Shown: positions 33,574 to 43,314 of the stretch, in pieces
Position numbering within the stretch: position 1 is the stretch's first letter
How the letters are laid out: every line of letters starts with the position of its first letter
Source: an uncultured Candidatus Rokubacteria bacterium
GTDB taxonomy: Bacteria; Methylomirabilota; Methylomirabilia; Rokubacteriales; CSP1-6
NCBI GenBank assembly: GCA_963758635.1
Contig: CAVWWD010000008.1
Span: forward strand, 288,001-352,000
Length of the DNA stretch: 64,000 bases
Direction of reading: 5' to 3'
The notes under the pieces: generated by a model
Seen by the model: the letters and a program-made list of their open reading frames with translations, nothing else
The model's database searches: none
What the model was told of the DNA's origin: nothing
Translations under genes and position numbers: made by a program

Positions 33574-34918
33574 ATGACCACCGTCGAGCACTTGAAAGCT
33601 GGGCTACGTGGCCAGCTGCTACGTCCGGGCGATGACGGCTACGACGGGGCCCGCAAGCTCTGGAACGGGATGTTCGACCGACGGCCGGCGCTCATCGCCC
33701 GCTGTGCCGGCGCATCCGACGTCATGCGCGCCGTGAACTTCGGCCGGGACAATCGATTGCCACTCGCCGTGCGCGGCGGAGGCCATAGTTTTCCTGGACA
33801 CTCGGTCTGCGACGGTGGCCTCGTCATCGACCTCTCCGCCATGAAGGCCATCCGTGTCGACCTTGGAGCCCGCAGTGCGCGGGCTCAGCCCGGAGTCAGG
33901 TGGATCGAGTTCGACCACGAGACCCAGGCCTTCGGGCTCGCCACTACTGGCGGCATCGCTTCCGATACCGGCATCGACGGGCTCACCCTCGGCGGCGGCC
34001 TCGGGTGGCTGTCCAGCAAATGTGGATTGACCGTGGACAATCTCATCTCGGCCGACGTGGTAACGGCGGATGGCCGGATGCTGACGGCCAGCGGTACGGA
34101 GAACCAGGACCTCTTCTGGGGTCTGCGGGGCGGCAGCGGCAACTTCGGCGTCGTCACTTCCTTCGAATATCAGCTCCACGTCGTCGGCCCGGCGATTCTG
34201 GGAGGGATGGTGGCCTATCCGCTGGGCCGCGCCAAGGAGGTGCTGCGCTTCTACCGCGAGTTCACAAAGACCGCCCCCGACGACTTGACCACCTATGCCG
34301 CCTTCATCAATCCGCCAGGCGGCGAGACCGTGGTGGCCTTGATCTGCTGCTACTGTGGGCCCCTGGACAAGGGGGAGCAGGTCGTCCGTCCTCTCAGGTC
34401 CCTGGGGTCGGCGGCGCAGGACCTGCTGGGCCCGATGCCCTACGTGGCCCAGCAACGTCTCTTCGATGACGGCTTTCCGGCCGGCTCCCATTACTACACC
34501 AAGGGGGGCTCGTTGGCCGATCTCCCCGACGAAGCCATCGAGATCTTCGCGGAGTACGCGGCGACCAAGCCCTCCCCGCAGTCGGGAGTGCTTGTGCAGA
34601 CCGTCCATGGTGCGGCCAGCCGGGTGGCTTCCGACGCAATGGCCTTCCCTCATCGAAGATTGCCGTACGCGCCCGTCATCGTCTCTCAATGGCTCGACGC
34701 CGCGGAGTCCGAGAAGAACGTCGCCTGGGCTCGCGACTTCTGGAAGGCGCTGCAGCCGTTCGCCGGGGGCGTCTATGTGAACGACCTGAGCCACGACGAC
34801 GCCGACCGGGTGCGCACATCGTACGGGGCGAGCTATGAGCGCCTGACGGCGCTGAAGAAGACGTACGACCCAGACAACCTCTTCCAGGCTGAACCCGAAT
34901 ATCACCCCGGCGGGGTGA
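33574..34918 (+). CDS. FAD-binding oxidoreductase (BBE/6-HDNO-like; frameshift near 34885)
   Basis: RGGGHS (candidate covalent-FAD His), DLFWGLRGGSGNFGVVT, YVN, LKKTYDPDNLF then RLNPNI in a shifted frame. Confidence 0.9.
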
Positions 34919-36275
34919 GCGGCTCAGGGCGACCGGGCGCGCCTTCCTTCCGGGCCGCATACAGACCCCACACGCCCGGCACGCCCTTGAGGTCGTGCGA
35001 GCCGCGGTCGGCAAAGGTCAGCTCCGATCCGACCATGAGGTCCCGGACGGTCTGGGAGACGAGCACCTCTGACGGAGCGGCCAGTGCCGCCACGCGGGCG
35101 CCGATGTTCACGGCGAGTCCCCCGATCTTGTCCCCCACTCGCTCCACCTCGCCGGTATGCAGCCCGGCGCGGACCTCGATCCCGAGCGGCCGGACGGCGT
35201 CGGTGATCGCCATGGCACAGCGGACGGCGCGGGCCGGCCCGTCGAACGAGGCGAAGAAGCCATCGCCCGCCGTATCGATCTCGACTCCCCGGTACCGGGC
35301 GAGCAGCCTACGTACCGTCGCGTGGTGCCGCAACACCACGTCACGCCAGCGACGGTCGCCCTGCTCGGCGGCGCGCCGCGTCGACTCGACGATGTCGGTG
35401 AAGAGCACCGTCGCCAGGATGCGGTCGAACGACGCTTCCTCCTTCCCGACCTCGGCGAGGAATCGCCGCACCTCGGCGACGATCGCGTCGCCGCGCGAGT
35501 ACCAGTGGAAGTGAGGACCGCCGCGGCTCGAATGCTGGACGACGCGGGCGCCCGGGATCTTGCCGGCCACGAAGTGCCCCGTCTCGGGAAGCACCTCGTA
35601 GAAACGATCGCTGTCGACGAGCACGAGCGTCGGGACCTGGATCGTGGGGAGCACGGCGCGGATGTCCGTGTGCAGGTAGCGGGTGAGCTCGGCGGCCAGC
35701 CCACCGGGCGTGACCGAGCTCCGGGCGTAGCGGGCGAACCACTCGCGTTCCGGGCCGGCGGGGACATTCCCACCAGTCAAGCGTGCCCCACGTGTCGCGC
35801 ACGGCCCGGATCTGCTCTTCCCAGCGCGCCAACGAAGGCATCCAGGGCATCTCCTCCGTCGGCAGGTACGTCACCTGGGGGTCGACGAGGATGAGGGATC
35901 TCGTGCGGTCTGGATAGGTAGCCGCGAAGAGCGACGCCACGATCGTCGATTCGTACGTCGCCATGATCGAGGCGCGCTCGGATCGCGCCGCTTTCAGCAC
36001 CGCGAGGAACATCGTCCGTGAGAGTGTCGAACGTCCGGGACGGACCCGGGTGTGAACCGCTCGGAGCAGCCCCAGCCGCGGCGGTCAGTCACGATCAGAC
36101 GGGTGTGATTGGCCAGACCGCGCAAGAAGCGGGAGAGCGAAGGACTCTCCCAGTTGACGTCGACATTGGAGCAGTAGCCCTGGAGATAGATGAGATCTGC
36201 CGGACCCTCTCCGCACACTTGGTAGGCGAGCGAGACGTCGCCGTTCCATGCGAACCGAGTATCCGGCCGGTCCAT
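34902..36275 (-). CDS. Alpha/beta-hydrolase + class III adenylate/guanylate cyclase (LipJ-like; frameshifts near 36015 and 35775)
   Basis: N-terminal LAYQV.GEGP, DRRG.G.S; cyclase motifs LATVLFTDIV, GDGF, RAGLHTGE, AVNIGARV, LKGVPG. Confidence 0.88.
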
Positions 36276-36444
36276 GCCCTCTATGGTATCGTGCAGCGGC
36301 AAAGCCACCGCAAACCGCTCGCCGGCCCCCCGCCGGCACTCTTCTGGGAGGCGCTCTCCTGGGAGCACCATGCTGCTGTGGCGTCGGCTCCTGGGGGGTT
36401 CCCGAGGCGGTAGCGCCTCCCGATCCCACACGCCGACGGTCCGA

Positions 36445-37206
36445 TCAGAACGCGCCGTGGCGGCCGGCGCCGGCGGCGAAGCGGGCCGCGCCCTCGCGGC
36501 TCTCGCCCGAGTCGCGCGTGGCGATCCCCAGCTCGTACTCCCGCCGCAGCGCCTCGCCGATCGGCAGCCCCTCGGTCTCGTGCATCGATCGCCGGTCGCT
36601 CCGCACCGCGCGGGGCGGGAAGCCCGCGATCAGCGCGGCGAGCGCCTCGGCTTCTTCCCGCGCCCGCCCCGCCGGGACGACGCGGTTGGCGAGGCCGATG
36701 CGTTCGGCCTCGCGCGCGTCCACGGGCCGGCCGGTGAGGACCATGTCCAGCGCGCGGCTCATCCCGATGAGCCGCCCGAGCCGGACGGTGCCGCCGTCGA
36801 GGAGCGGCACGCCCCAGCGCCGGTTGAACACGCCGAACACCGCGGTCTCCTCCGCCACCCGCAGGTCGCACCAGATCGCCAGCTCGAGGCCGCCCGCCAC
36901 CGCGTAGCCCGCCACCGCGGCGATGACGGGCTTCGCGAGCAGCATGCGCGTGGGGCCCATGGGACCGTCGCCGTCGGGCGCGACCCGGAGGCCGGTGCCG
37001 GTGCCGAACGACTTGAGGTCCGCGCCCGCGCAGAACACGCCGTGCGCGCCCCACAGCACGGCGACGCGCGCCGCGTCGTCGGCCTCGAAGGCGCGGAAGG
37101 CGTCGGCGAGGCCGCGCGCCGTCTCGCCGTCGACCGCGTTCCTGTGCGTGGGCCGGTCCATGATCACGGTGGTCACCGCGCCGCTCTTCTCCACGCGAAT
37201 CGCCAT
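36445..37206 (-). CDS. Crotonase / enoyl-CoA hydratase family protein
   Basis: FCAGADLK, AGGLELA..CD, RRWGVPLLDGGT. Confidence 0.92.
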   Translation of the reverse strand: MAIRVEKSGAVTTVIMDRPTHRNAVDGETARGLADAFRAFEADDAARVAVLWGAHGVFCAGADLKSFGTGTGLRVAPDGDGPMGPTRMLLAKPVIAAVAGYAVAGGLELAIWCDLRVAEETAVFGVFNRRWGVPLLDGGTVRLGRLIGMSRALDMVLTGRPVDAREAERIGLANRVVPAGRAREEAEALAALIAGFPPRAVRSDRRSMHETEGLPIGEALRREYELGIATRDSGESREGAARFAAGAGRHGAF

Positions 37207-37844
37207 GGCTCCTGGATGCCCTCCTGCTCCGTGTGGCGGTCCTCGGGCGCCGCTCGGCCCCCGCTGCATCCGGAGGCTGGGATGACGGAACTGGAGGTTA
37301 TCACCGGCGCCGAACACGGCTCAATTCAGCGGCGGGCGGCGCGGTGCCGAAGGCGGTTGCGCGGCCGGCGCGGCGGACACGGCCGCGCCACGCCTGCCAC
37401 AGCGCTTCCGCCAGGAGCATGACGAGCGACGGAGCCCACTGGACGGGGACAGGGGATCCCGGCGGCAGGCGCTGCTCGAACCTGAAGTACAGGTTCAGAT
37501 CGAACGGAGCGAATCCTTGCTGCCGCGCCATCTCATCGATAGCGATCTCGAGGCGGTGCCCGCGCCTCTCGAGGTGGCGCGCGTGCACGTGGCCGCCGCG
37601 CGGCTGGCGATGGTTCGCGACGATCGGGCGACGGTCGAGGCGCAGCTCGACCTGGCGCGCGACCGCTGCGCGAGTCTTCCACTCCGGCTCGACCGGCTCG
37701 CATCGCTACGCACGGGACGCGCGGCCGCCATCTGACTGCTCGCGCCGATCCAGGTCACGGTGCAGACGGAGAGAGGTCGCGGCCCCGGATCGGCCCCGCC
37801 CGCCACGCCCTCGCTCGATCGGTTAGAATCTGTCCGCGTCGCGC

Positions 37845-37929
37845 TCGTGAGCCTCGCGCAATAGACCAATGCCGAGCGGTGGGACTGTAGAGGCCCGTGG
37901 CGGTTACCGCATTCTGCGAGGGTCGCTAG
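37845..37929 (-). repeat. Interspersed repeat family B, copy 3
   Basis: CCGAGCGGTGGGACTGTAGAGGCCCGTGGCGGTTACCG is the reverse complement of the family B core with one substitution. Confidence 0.9.
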
Positions 37930-37973
37930 CCGCGCGGCGCGGGCGCAGGACGAGACCGGAGGACAACCGAGGC

Positions 37974-39911
37974 ATGGACGACGAGATCATCTGGCGGCCC
38001 GACCCCGAGACGGCGAAGCGGACCCGCATCGCCCGGTTCATGGCGCAGCACGGCCTGTCCTCGCTGGAGGCGCTCCAGCGCCGCTCGGTCGAGGACCTCG
38101 AGTGGTACTGGGACGCCGTGTCGAAGGACCTGGGCTGGGCGTGGTCCACGCCGTACCGGAGAGTCGCCGACCTCTCCCGCGGGATCCAGTGGCCCGCGTG
38201 GTTCCCGGGCGGGCGCATGAACCTCGCCGCGAACTGCATCGACCGGCACCTCGGCGGAGAGCGGCGCGACCAGCCCGCCCTGATCTCCGAGGCGGAGGAC
38301 GGCGAGGTCCGCACGCTGACCTACGCCGAGCTGGGCCGCGAGGTGGCGCGGCTGGCCAACGCGCTGACGCGCCTCGGCGTGCGCGCGGGCGACACCGTCG
38401 GCATCTTCCTGCCGATGTGCCAGGAGGCCGCGGTGGCCGTCCTCGCCGTGTCGCGCATCGGCGCGGTCTACACGCCGTGCTTCTCCGGCTACGGCGCCCA
38501 GGCGGTGGCCACGCGCCTGGCCGGCTGCGACGCCAAGGTGCTGATCACCGCGGATGCCTTCGCGCGCCGGGGCAACGCGATCCCGCTCAAGCAGACCGCG
38601 GACGAGGCGGTGGCGGAAGCGCCGAGCATCGAGCGCGTGATCGTCCACCGCCGGACGGGTGCGCCGGTGCCGTGGACGCCCGGGCGCGACCTCTGGTGGC
38701 ACGACGTGGTGGCCGCGGAGAGCGATCGCTCGGACGCGGTGGCGGTGGAGGCCGACCATCCGGCGCTGATCATCTACACCTCCGGCACCACCGGCCGCCC
38801 CAAGGGCACGGTCCTCACCCAGGGCGGCTTCGGGATGAAGAACGCGCACGACTGGGCGTACCTCTTCGACATGACGCCGGGCAGCCGCATGTTCTGGGTG
38901 ACCGACCTCGGCTGGCTCATGGGCCCGATGCTGATCACGGGCACGCTCCTGATCGGCGGCACCGTGGTGCTCTTCGAGGGCACGCCGGACTATCCCAAGC
39001 CCGACCGGCTCTGGGCCCTCTGCGCGCGCCACCGGGTGACGCACCTCGGCATCTCGCCCACCGCGGTGCGCGCGCTCATGCCCTACGGCCCGGACTGGAT
39101 CGCCGCGCACGACCTGTCGAGCCTGCGCATCATCGGGTCGACCGGCGAGCCCTGGAACCCCGAGCCCTACCGCTGGCTCTTCGAGCACGTGGGCAAGCGC
39201 CGCGTGCCGATCATCAACTACACGGGCGGCACGGAGATCTCGGGCGGCATCCTGGCGTGCTTCCCCATCGCGCCGATCAAGCCGTGCTCGTTCGCCGGCC
39301 CCATCCCCGGCATGGCCGCCGAGGTGTACGGGGACGACGGCGCCCCGGTGCGCGAGGAGGTGGGCGAGCTGGTCGTGACGCGGCCGTGGCCCGGCATGAC
39401 CCACGGCTTCTGGCGCGATCCCGACCGCTATCTCGAGACGTACTGGTCGCGCTGGCCGGACGTGTGGGTGCACGGGGACTGGGCCTACGTCGACCGTGAC
39501 GGGTTCTGGTTCATCCACGGCCGCTCCGACGACACGCTGAAGATCGCCGGGAAGCGCGTGGGGCCGGCAGAGGTGGAGTCGGTGCTCGTCGGTCATCCCG
39601 CGGTGAACGAGGCGGCGGCCATCGGCGTGCCGCACGACGTGAAGGGCGAGAGCGTGGTGTGCTTCGCGGTGCTCCGCCCCGACCAGTCGGCCAGCGACGC
39701 GCTCCGCGCTGAGCTCGTCGACCGCGTCACGCATCACATGGGCCGAGCGATCCGGCCCGAGCGCGTGCTGTTCACCCGGGAGCTGCCGAAGACGCGTAGC
39801 GCCAAGATCATGCGCCGGGTGATCCGCGCGACCTACCTGGGGAAGGATCCGGGCGACCTCTCGTCGCTGGAGAATCCCGCCGCGGTGGCCGCCGTCCGCG
39901 AGGCCACGTAG
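37974..39911 (+). CDS. AMP-dependent acyl-CoA synthetase (acetate--CoA ligase-like)
   Basis: YTSGTTGRPKG, STGEPW, GRSDD, PKTRSAKIMRR. Confidence 0.92.
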   Translation: MDDEIIWRPDPETAKRTRIARFMAQHGLSSLEALQRRSVEDLEWYWDAVSKDLGWAWSTPYRRVADLSRGIQWPAWFPGGRMNLAANCIDRHLGGERRDQPALISEAEDGEVRTLTYAELGREVARLANALTRLGVRAGDTVGIFLPMCQEAAVAVLAVSRIGAVYTPCFSGYGAQAVATRLAGCDAKVLITADAFARRGNAIPLKQTADEAVAEAPSIERVIVHRRTGAPVPWTPGRDLWWHDVVAAESDRSDAVAVEADHPALIIYTSGTTGRPKGTVLTQGGFGMKNAHDWAYLFDMTPGSRMFWVTDLGWLMGPMLITGTLLIGGTVVLFEGTPDYPKPDRLWALCARHRVTHLGISPTAVRALMPYGPDWIAAHDLSSLRIIGSTGEPWNPEPYRWLFEHVGKRRVPIINYTGGTEISGGILACFPIAPIKPCSFAGPIPGMAAEVYGDDGAPVREEVGELVVTRPWPGMTHGFWRDPDRYLETYWSRWPDVWVHGDWAYVDRDGFWFIHGRSDDTLKIAGKRVGPAEVESVLVGHPAVNEAAAIGVPHDVKGESVVCFAVLRPDQSASDALRAELVDRVTHHMGRAIRPERVLFTRELPKTRSAKIMRRVIRATYLGKDPGDLSSLENPAAVAAVREAT

Positions 39912-39950
39912 CGGCCTCCGGACGCCGGACGCGCGACCGCCGAGGCTCAC

Positions 39951-40583
39951 GTGGCGTACCAGTGCTTCCAGTGCGACAAGGAAGTGCTCGCGGGCGGCAA
40001 GTTCTGCCACCACTGCGGCGCGCCCACCTACGCGGCCGAGCAGGCGCTCGGCGTCGCGGCCCGCGCCGGCTCCGAGGCGCGCGAGCGCATCAAGCAGGAC
40101 GTGCACGCGGCGGCGCGCATCCCGCATGCCACGCTCATGCTCCAGACGGTGCTCCAGCCCGCGCCGCGTCCGCGGCCGGAGCCGCTCGTGCCGCCCTTCT
40201 GGCGGCGGGTCGCGGGCGCATGGATCTGGCGGCGCTGGTGGTTCTGGCTGGCCGTGGGCGTCGTCCTCCTCGTCACCACTTCGGTGATGGTGACCGAGGA
40301 CATCCTCGACAAGGCCGCGCAGCAGGGCAGCGTGCAGAAGATCGTGACGCGTGTCGCCGCCAGGTGCTTCGCGGACTCGCCGCAACGGATCGAGGGGTAC
40401 GTGGCGCGCATCCACGCGGCGTCGGGCGGCGCCGACTCGCTCCTGGACAGCGCGACCCTGTTCGAGTACGTGCTCCGCGGCGTCACGTTGACGGACGGCA
40501 ACTGCTCGAAGGTCGCCGATCTGCTGGCGCGGCCCGATCGCTTCGAGCGCCTGTTCCGGGATCCCGCCGCATCCTCGCGCTGA
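39951..40583 (+). CDS. Zinc-ribbon domain membrane protein
   Basis: N-terminal CFQC...FCHHCG, one TM helix, C-terminal domain with two Cys. Confidence 0.75.
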   Translation: MAYQCFQCDKEVLAGGKFCHHCGAPTYAAEQALGVAARAGSEARERIKQDVHAAARIPHATLMLQTVLQPAPRPRPEPLVPPFWRRVAGAWIWRRWWFWLAVGVVLLVTTSVMVTEDILDKAAQQGSVQKIVTRVAARCFADSPQRIEGYVARIHAASGGADSLLDSATLFEYVLRGVTLTDGNCSKVADLLARPDRFERLFRDPAASSR

Positions 40584-40585
40584 GG

Positions 40586-40617
40586 GAGACGGCTGAAATC
40601 CGCGTTCGTTCACAACC
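40586..40617 (+). repeat. Short, internally deleted family A remnant
   Basis: GAGACGGC joined to AATCCGCGTTCGTTCACAACC, resembling the left and right parts of family A. Confidence 0.5.
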
Positions 40618-40635
40618 GTTCAGGGAGGCGTGACC

Positions 40636-40983
40636 ATGGCCCGTGTCGACTGGAGCTACCACCGGCCCGGCTGACAGACCTGCGCCAAGACGCAAGGGTT
40701 CCTTGCGCGAAAGCGGGTCGAGACGGCGAGCGAGGTGAACGCGAAGAAGGCGCCGATCGCCGGCGTAGCCGCGCTCGGCGTGCTCCGCGACGTGGACCAT
40801 CTCTACGTCACGAAGGGCAAGAAGGTGATCCGCGTGGACCTCTCCGGCGCCCGGCCGCCGAAGGCCGAGCTGCTGGGCCTCCTTCTCGGCCCGAGCGGCA
40901 ACCTGCGCGCCCCCACCATCCGGCGCGGGCGCACGCTCGTCGTGGGCTTCGACGAGGACACCTACGCCGCGGTCCTGAAGTAG
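40636..40983 (+). CDS. ArsC/Spx-like thioredoxin-fold selenoprotein (UxxC), 115 aa
   Basis: GGGAGG RBS, ATG 40636, MARVDWSYHRPG-TGA(40672)-QTCAK in frame with ORF 40735 (GNLRAPTI...LVVGF). Confidence 0.85.
40677..40719 (+). promoter_or_regulatory. Bacterial SECIS-like stem-loop
   Basis: Upper stem CGCAAGG/CCTTGCG with GTT loop starting 24 nt after the UGA; lower stem GACCTGC/GCGGGTC. Confidence 0.7.
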
Positions 40984-41005
40984 CGCGGCCTGCCGCCGCC
41001 GGCCG

Positions 41006-41051
41006 AGCCGGGTCAGGCCGCCAGCCGGGTCAGGCCGCCAGCCGGGTCAGG
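41006..41051. repeat. 17-bp tandem repeat (about 2.7 copies)
   Basis: AGCCGGGTCAGGCCGCC at 41006 and 41023, partial at 41040; between convergent genes. Confidence 0.8.
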
Positions 41052-41063
41052 AGGCGTGGCGGG

Positions 41064-41471
41064 TCAGGACGCCCGGCCGGGCCAGAGAAGGCTGGCCCCC
41101 GCGCCGCCGCCCTTGAGCCACTCGAAGTAGTGGACGCGCGCGCGGTACGTGGCGCCCGCGGTGCCCGGCGGGACCTCGAAGTAGATGCGGCCGTATGGTG
41201 GAATCGTCCCGTCGACGTGGACGAGCGATCGCCCGACCACCTGGCCCCCGGCGTCGAGGCTCTCCACGGCGAGCTGGATGCGGCCGGCCGCGTTGCCGTA
41301 GTCGTTGTAGACGTAGCCGCTCACGATCGGGCGGCCTCCGCGTCCCTGGCCACCGGTCGCCTCCACCCTGAAGAATCGCTCCGGGGCGGCGGACCCGAAT
41401 CCCTGGGCCCAGGCTGCGCCTACTCCAAGTCCGAGCGCCAGCGCCACCATCGCCACGCGGATCATTGGCAT
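41064..41471 (-). CDS. Secreted FxLYD-like domain protein
   Basis: Signal peptide; V.GYVYN...I.L.VE.LDA.G.VV...G.IPP.GR.YF pattern. Confidence 0.7.
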   Translation of the reverse strand: MPMIRVAMVALALGLGVGAAWAQGFGSAAPERFFRVEATGGQGRGGRPIVSGYVYNDYGNAAGRIQLAVESLDAGGQVVGRSLVHVDGTIPPYGRIYFEVPPGTAGATYRARVHYFEWLKGGGAGASLLWPGRAS

Positions 41472-41577
41472 ACCGCCCTCCTCGCAAGATGAGTCCTATC
41501 GAATAAGACACGCGGGACAGCGCGGCGGTTCCCCGCCGGCGCCCGGACCGACCGACGGGCCGCCCGGCGTCGGGGAG

Positions 41578-42186
41578 CTACCCGATGGAGGGGCGGGTCA
41601 GCGCGGAGCGAGGCGTCACGCGGCTCGCGATCCGGCGCGCGTGACGGACGATCTCGAGCAGGTCGTCGAGCATGGCCAGGTACGCGCTCGACGCGCGCGG
41701 CGAGCAGACGCCGTCGATGAGGCGCCGCTCGTGCGCCCGGACGAAGCCCGCGGCCTGATCCTCGAAGCGCATGCTCTCGATCTCGATGTGCCGGGCCAGG
41801 ACGCGGTTGCCGGTCAGAACGAGGTCGCCGGCGCACTGCGTGAGCTCGATGGCCCGCTCGAATAGCTCGTTCACCTCTCGCGTGCCGCCCTCGGTGAACG
41901 TGGCGCTCTCGTCCTCCATGCCGCGGAGGCAGCGCACGAGGCCCTCGGCGGCGTTGCCGATCCGCTCGAAGTGCCCGGGCACGAACGGTGGGGTGCCGGA
42001 GTCCGGGGGCGAGGCCAGCAGGCCTTCGGTGAGCTCCTTCTCGCGCTTGTGGATGGTCCGGCCGAGGCGCTCCGCCCGGTCGAGCCCGGCCGGATCGTGA
42101 CGCTGGAAGCTCCGCCAGGCCAGCGAGAGCATCTCGAGGGCGTCTTCGAACAGCGGCCGGAGGACGTCGGGGGAAACGCCAGCCAT
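41578..42186 (-). CDS. PhoU-like helical domain protein
   Basis: HFERIGN.AE and AHERRL..GVC...SS.YL.ML resemble the PhoU-type C-terminal domains of Na/Pi cotransporters. Confidence 0.65.
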   Translation of the reverse strand: MAGVSPDVLRPLFEDALEMLSLAWRSFQRHDPAGLDRAERLGRTIHKREKELTEGLLASPPDSGTPPFVPGHFERIGNAAEGLVRCLRGMEDESATFTEGGTREVNELFERAIELTQCAGDLVLTGNRVLARHIEIESMRFEDQAAGFVRAHERRLIDGVCSPRASSAYLAMLDDLLEIVRHARRIASRVTPRSALTRPSIG

Positions 42187-42265
42187 GCCGGACCTCCTGG
42201 ACGGTTGCCGGAGATGGTAGCGCCGGCCACTCCGGGCTTCAAGCGGCCGGCCCTCGGGGCGCCCG

Positions 42266-42295
42266 TTGACGCGTGCCGCTGCCTTCGTTTAGCAT
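42266..42295 (+). promoter_or_regulatory. Sigma70 promoter of fbp-fbaB (leaderless geometry)
   Basis: TTGACG-N18-TAGCAT, 6 nt before ATG 42302, no RBS. Confidence 0.6.
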
Positions 42296-42301
42296 CAATC
42301 A

Positions 42302-43285
42302 ATGAGCCTCTCCGAGCACCTCGCCGCTCAGACGAAGGCGCTCCCCCCGGGACAGGCCGCCGGCGTCACGTCCATCCTCGAAGCCATCGCGCGCGTCGCC
42401 ATCCTCATCGAGCAGGAGCTGGCCCATGCCGCCGTCCGCGGGCGCCTGGGCGCGGCGGGGGGACAGAACGTCACGGGCGACGTTGTGAAGAAGCTCGACC
42501 TCTGGGGCCACGAGGCGGTGGAGGCGGCGCTCCGCGCGACGGGGCGGTGCGCCGCGTACGTCTCGGAAGAGGCCGCGGAGCCGATCGAGATGGCCGGCGG
42601 CGCCGACGGCATCGTGGTCTGCTGCGATCCCGTCGATGGCTCGTCGAACCTGGACGTGGGCGGCTGCGTGGGCACGATCTTCTCGCTCCGCGCGGGCCGC
42701 GGCGCGCAGCCCGCCGGCCCCGCCGCCCTCGGGACGGTCGATGACCAGCTCGCCGCCGGCTACGTGCTCTACGGGCCGGCCACGACGCTGGTCTACACGA
42801 CGGGGACGGGCACCCACGGCTTCACCCTCGATCGTGACCGCGGCGCCTGGGTGCTGGCGAACCCGGACATCCGCGTGCCCCGGCGCGGCAAGACCTACGG
42901 CATCAACGAGGGCAACGCGAGCACGTGGCACCCCGGCCAGCGCGCGTTCGTCGAGCACCTGAAGACCGCCGACAAGGCGAGCGGCCGTCCGTACTCGCTC
43001 CGGTACTCGGGCGCCATGGTGGCGGACGTGCACCGGACGCTCCTGGACGGCGGCATCTTCATGTACCCCGCCGACATGACCGATCCGGCGAAGCCGAAGC
43101 CGAAGCTCCGCCTCCTCTACGAGGTGGCGCCGATGGCGTTCGTGGCCGAGCAGGCGGGAGGGCGCGCCAGCACGGGTACCGGGCGCTGCCTCGATCTCGC
43201 CGCCAAGGAGTATCACCAGCGGGCCTCGATCCTCGTGGGGAGCCCCGACGACGTGGCGCTCGCCGAAGAGTTCTATCGCCGATAA
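42302..43285 (+). CDS. fbp: Fructose-1,6-bisphosphatase class 1
   Basis: KKLD, SEE, DPVDGSSN, RYSGAMVADVHR, KLRLLYE..PMA. Confidence 0.95.
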   Translation: MSLSEHLAAQTKALPPGQAAGVTSILEAIARVAILIEQELAHAAVRGRLGAAGGQNVTGDVVKKLDLWGHEAVEAALRATGRCAAYVSEEAAEPIEMAGGADGIVVCCDPVDGSSNLDVGGCVGTIFSLRAGRGAQPAGPAALGTVDDQLAAGYVLYGPATTLVYTTGTGTHGFTLDRDRGAWVLANPDIRVPRRGKTYGINEGNASTWHPGQRAFVEHLKTADKASGRPYSLRYSGAMVADVHRTLLDGGIFMYPADMTDPAKPKPKLRLLYEVAPMAFVAEQAGGRASTGTGRCLDLAAKEYHQRASILVGSPDDVALAEEFYRR

Positions 43286-43314
43286 CCCCATCGACGAGAA
43301 AGGACGGGCCGACA

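Noticed and set aside
41006..41069. 17-bp tandem repeat as iterons or a mini-CRISPR
   Set aside because: No spacers and no rep gene; best explained as slippage near a stop codon between convergent genes.
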